Of a stretch of 64,000 bases of DNA, positions 60,509 to 64,000 are shown piece after piece. The stretch is from Phallusia mammillata. Its lineage: Eukaryota. Each line of letters begins with the position of its first letter. The first letter of the stretch is position 1. The notes beneath the pieces are model-generated. The model did not search any database. It was not told the origin of the DNA and was given only the letters and a program-made list of their open reading frames with translations. The stretch is taken from assembly GCA_965637545.1 (NCBI GenBank), contig OZ281496.1, positions 12,028,001 through 12,092,000 of the forward strand, read 5' to 3'. Both the position numbers and the translations under genes were made by a program.

Positions 60509-61150
60509 ATGGAAACACCAACCAAACGACCCATTCTCGCAGATATTACCAACGCCCCGAAGAGAGCTCGTTCGATTTTCGCCGGGATTCGAGGAAAGCG
60601 CGCCCGTGGAAGTAAGTACAAAAATACCTTGCACTAATACCGGCAGCGGAAATAAATTGTATGATAACGCTTGCTCTATTTTCCACAGTCGCTCCAACAC
60701 CGCATTTGCGCTGCGCTACCTTGACCCTCAAAGTTGGCAAAGGCGATTTTTTCGAGACCCAACAGCTCCGCGCTCTCTGCGCCCACCTGTTCGAAGAGAC
60801 TCTCCACATCCTGGTGTTTCCCACACCGGCGGAAGACGGCTACAACCGGGTGCAGGTCGTGTACTGGGCGACTTGCGATAGCGACAAACAATGTCTGATC
60901 GCCACGCGGGTCAGAAGAGGTGAAAAACGATGGCGCGTGGATCAACTTTAAAACCTGAACGGTTTTTGCCGCCGAGAAGTACTTCAAGCCGATCATCAAG
61001 AACGTGGTTTGCTATGAAGTCAACAACAGCTTTCGAAACCTGGTCGATTCAGGCGAGCGCCAGCAACTCGAAATGCTGGAACGCCTGTTTCACGACGAGG
61101 AAGCAACCACGCTGGCCCCACTCAACCTGGCTTTCGACAGCGACTGTTGA
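60509..61150 (+). pseudogene. Two-exon Maverick accessory gene with an N-terminal D-box-like motif and a basic NLS-like stretch
   Basis: Exon 60509-60611, GTAAGT..TTCCACAG intron, and exon from 60689 joining in frame (METPTKRPILADITNAPKRARSIFAGIRGKRARGIAPTPHL...). Frameshift and stop near 60910-60955, then coding-like sequence to 61150. Confidence 0.65.
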
Positions 61151-61390
61151 TTTACTTAAAAAATTTTTTGGCAAAAAAATGATTCTGTAAACCGAGTACT
61201 CTTTCTTTTTGTGTGTTTTTTCTGTGATGTTTTTCTTTTAAAAAAATTTTCGGGGGTATTCGTAACGTAATAAAACAAAGCTATAACTGTCGCACTTGTG
61301 TCAAAAAACAGTTTGTCAGTGTTGAGGTACCACGTTTTATTTGCAAGCAAGTACATACACCCACACACACGCACAAACACGCACACGAAA

Positions 61391-61540
61391 TCACAAGTCG
61401 GCAACAAAATCTTGCACAATGCGGTCGTTGCGCATCAGGTCAGAGTCAAAGCAACGCACGATTTGTTTCAATGCAAATCCACGCACTCGATGTAGCAGAT
61501 AAAACACACAATGCTGCCCGCACGCAGTTGAAAATGGCAG
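61391..61540 (-). pseudogene. C-terminus of Maverick adenain-like cysteine protease
   Basis: PFSTACGQHCVFYLLHRVRGFALKQIVRCFDSDLMRNDRIVQDFV matches the S..CG..C..YL..R..G...ND..V..F Polinton protease end. Confidence 0.85.
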
Positions 61541-63056
61541 GAGATAAACGCATTTTTGGATCAGTTGCCACCATCTCAGCTGACAACCTTGGTGCACACC
61601 AACTTGGTGGCCTGCGTATGTGCTTTAGCAGTGGACGTATATGCAGATTTTGTATGTGCATGCATAGTGATATTAAAAACAAGTGTAAAGAAGCAGATTT
61701 TGTGTTGCGGATTCCTGCTGTTCATAGTATGCATGTTAAAGAAGTGGCTCAAGATGGATCGCTTACAGCTTCCTATGGGGTTGCAAGAGACTGTGTGTTT
61801 AATGTATTACCAGGCATTTCAACTGTGACTGCTTTTCCACCTGACCTTATGCATGATTGCTTAGAAGGAGTTGTTCCGAAGTTCCTCCAGTCCATATTTA
61901 GATATTTGCACATTGAGGGAATCTGTTCTATTGCCTTGATAAACGAAAGGTTAAAAAAGTTCCAAGTTTGGAAAAACTAAACAGAGAAATAAGCCCCGAC
62001 CTCTTCCAGGAAATGTTGTTTTGTCCTCTGGTAAAGTTTCACTTTCAGCAAGTGAAACCCTGTGTTTATTCAGAGTTTTACCTTTTGTTATTGGAGATAT
62101 TGTCCCTACATATGATGAGGCCTGGAGATTGTATGTTCTGATGTCAAATATTATGGAGATCATTTTGGCGCCATCACTCCATGCTGATGTTCTTGACAAA
62201 TTAAAGATTTTAATTGAGGAATTTTATTCCAAGTTTATCAAGTTCGCTCCTGATTTGATAAAACCAAAGCTTCATTTTCTTTTGCATTATCCTCGACTTA
62301 TACAGATGTATGGGCCATTAAGGCACCTGTGGTGCATGCGTTTCCAATCATTTCAAAGGAAAATAAAGTCCATAGCACGGAATTGCCAAAATTTTTAAAA
62401 TATTTGTTTGACTGTCACAAAACGTATTCAGGCTTTAAAGTGTTATGAACAGTGCAATGAAATTTGTTTAACTGATGATTTAGGAGAACTCCGATGTAAC
62501 AACGCCTTATCCATGTATCTTGGCAACTGAACATGCCTACCCTGCTGTATACGTGCAAAAACGTTGGATATGCAATTGCCCAACGTTTGGCGAAGCTTTA
62601 ATTGTGTTAATCACGTCATATTGGATATTCGATGTGAGGTTTCCGAAGGCCCTTACGTGCACGCTGCAGCTTCTATCGTTCGTTCTCAAAATATCGGAAA
62701 CTATTCAAAACCCAACAGTGCAAAAATTATTAATTCGCTTTAAGATTGAGCCAAATAACTTGTTCGTTAATATTTCATGTTTCTTTTCTGCATGATCTTC
62801 AAGCGTTAATAAATGTAAAGGGACATTAATATGTCGTGTGTATTATGTAACCATGGTACACACCATGGTTCGTCAGGCATGGATGGGCATTCCCACCAAT
62901 AAACTTGAAAAACGTTTAGGATGGAAAATACCATCATAAATTTTTCCATCCTCAGGGTTGTGAAACTCCATGGTAGGATGGAAAATTCCATCCAATTGTG
63001 GACCACCCTAGGGGCAAGCAAATTCCACCCTCCGGGTGGGATCCCGATTTACAGTG
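61541..63056 (+). mobile_element. 3' half of an EnSpm/CACTA (CMC) DNA transposon
   Basis: ISADNLGAHQLGG...CRFC...DLMHDCLEGVV, KPKLHFLLHYP and GPLRHLWCMRF. Right terminus TTTACAGTG (complement of CACTGTAAA) with subterminal GGATGGAAAA/TTCCATCC repeats. Confidence 0.88.
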
Positions 63057-63267
63057 TAACAACTAAAAGTCGAATGCGCGAGACACAAAAACATTTTTAA
63101 AGTGGCATCTTTCTTCAAATTTAAAAAGGTCCTTGTGACTCCCATTTACTAAACAGAAGCCTACGCAGAAAGTAATTGACAAGGATCAGATGATCCTAAG
63201 TCACGTTTTCTCGTGTCGCCGTCCGTGTGACTTGAATAGAAGTGTTTGGATCGCAAAAATGGTTAAC

Positions 63268-63610
63268 GCATCAGTTCTCAAACTTGGGTCCGCGGTCCTT
63301 TAGGACATTTTGCGGGGATCTCGAAAAGGTGAAAGAAATTCTATATTCCTATGTGCTGTCAGTTTGTGCAACTGGATAAGTTGTAATCAAAGTGAAAGTG
63401 AGAGTCAATCGTCTCCATTGCTAAACAAAAGGCTTTATTGAATGACAACTAACAAAATTGCAATTGTTCGCCCACAATTGCATTGTTTTGTCTTGTCTGT
63501 GATGTCATATTTAAATCATTGTTATGTGCAATTTTGCATAACAAGCCAAAATTCTGCAATCAACTTTCGTTTTTTTGAAGTACACATTCAGACTTGCGTT
63601 AACACATTTA
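63268..63610. mobile_element. hAT MITE, same family as 46065-46452
   Basis: Colinear similarity to 46065-46452; degenerate left terminus. Confidence 0.6.
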
Positions 63611-64000
63611 GACTTGAAGTTTGAGAAAAAAACGGGTTTAGGCAACCGAGATAAATTTTGTCAGAGATTGTGTTTCATAAAATATGGCAACCCTAAACTA
63701 TGAAATCTGGATGTTTTTGTACTTGACGTAATAAATGTATTTTGATCGCTTCTTAATTCTGCACATATTAGATTAACTTTAGACTCATTGACAACGGATC
63801 GCAGAAGACCATACATCCGAAAAAACGCTGGTGTGAAACCAGGTCGATAAGAGTGGTTGTTATTGTTATGATTTACAGTTTGGTGCACGAAACACTACAT
63901 GGTCTTGTGGACAGATACCGACATTGAAGTATCCATTCGTCGTCTCCGGGATGTAGGTTAAGTGGCTGGTACCTGAACCAAAAACAAGAGCTGCGTAATG

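Larger units (their letters stand above)
53267..61540 (+). mobile_element. Maverick/Polinton (adintovirus-like), left terminus to protease gene, truncated on the right
   Basis: Starts with AGTAGT, a typical Polinton terminus, exactly where gag is cut. A ~1.3-kb repeat-rich terminal region is followed by pPolB, a small spliced ORF and an adenain-type protease C-terminus. Confidence 0.9.

Noticed and set aside
62850-62876. Minus-strand CTGACGA plus ACCATGG/CCATGGT hairpin, as a possible hammerhead
   Set aside because: Lacks the GAAA core; it is part of the palindromic EnSpm subterminal repeats.

Overview
AT-rich eukaryotic DNA that is almost entirely transposable elements. It is most likely from an ascidian (tunicate), because three tandem copies of the 16-nt Ciona-type spliced leader ATTCTATTTGAATAAG occur at 51919-51969. 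There are no bacterial-type operons, rRNA genes or CRISPR arrays. Host-like genes are limited to two compact C2H2 zinc-finger arrays, one of them split by an intact hAT transposon. Mobile DNA includes: Penelope-like RT and GIY-YIG relics plus two Penelope-type minimal hammerhead ribozymes; a cluster of four Tx1-clade LINE pieces, one near full length; two copies of a short pre-tRNA-like SINE with long TSDs; four Buster/SPIN-type hAT transposase-bearing elements (one with an intact 597-aa ORF) and many hAT MITEs; a MULE/NOF-like relic with Ulp1 and PHD-like domains; an EnSpm/CACTA 3' half; a Gypsy gag fragment; and a truncated Maverick/Polinton. Two features stand out. First, a triple spliced-leader relic sits 43 nt upstream of an intact 222-aa orphan ORF that precedes the Gypsy gag. 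Second, the Maverick protein-primed PolB is assembled from 13 exons joined by 12 short introns that are all phase 2; the added exons supply six zinc-binding modules, and a diverged relic of the same promoter and exon set lies at 7.9-9.0 kb. All family assignments come from motif recognition by eye; no database search was run.
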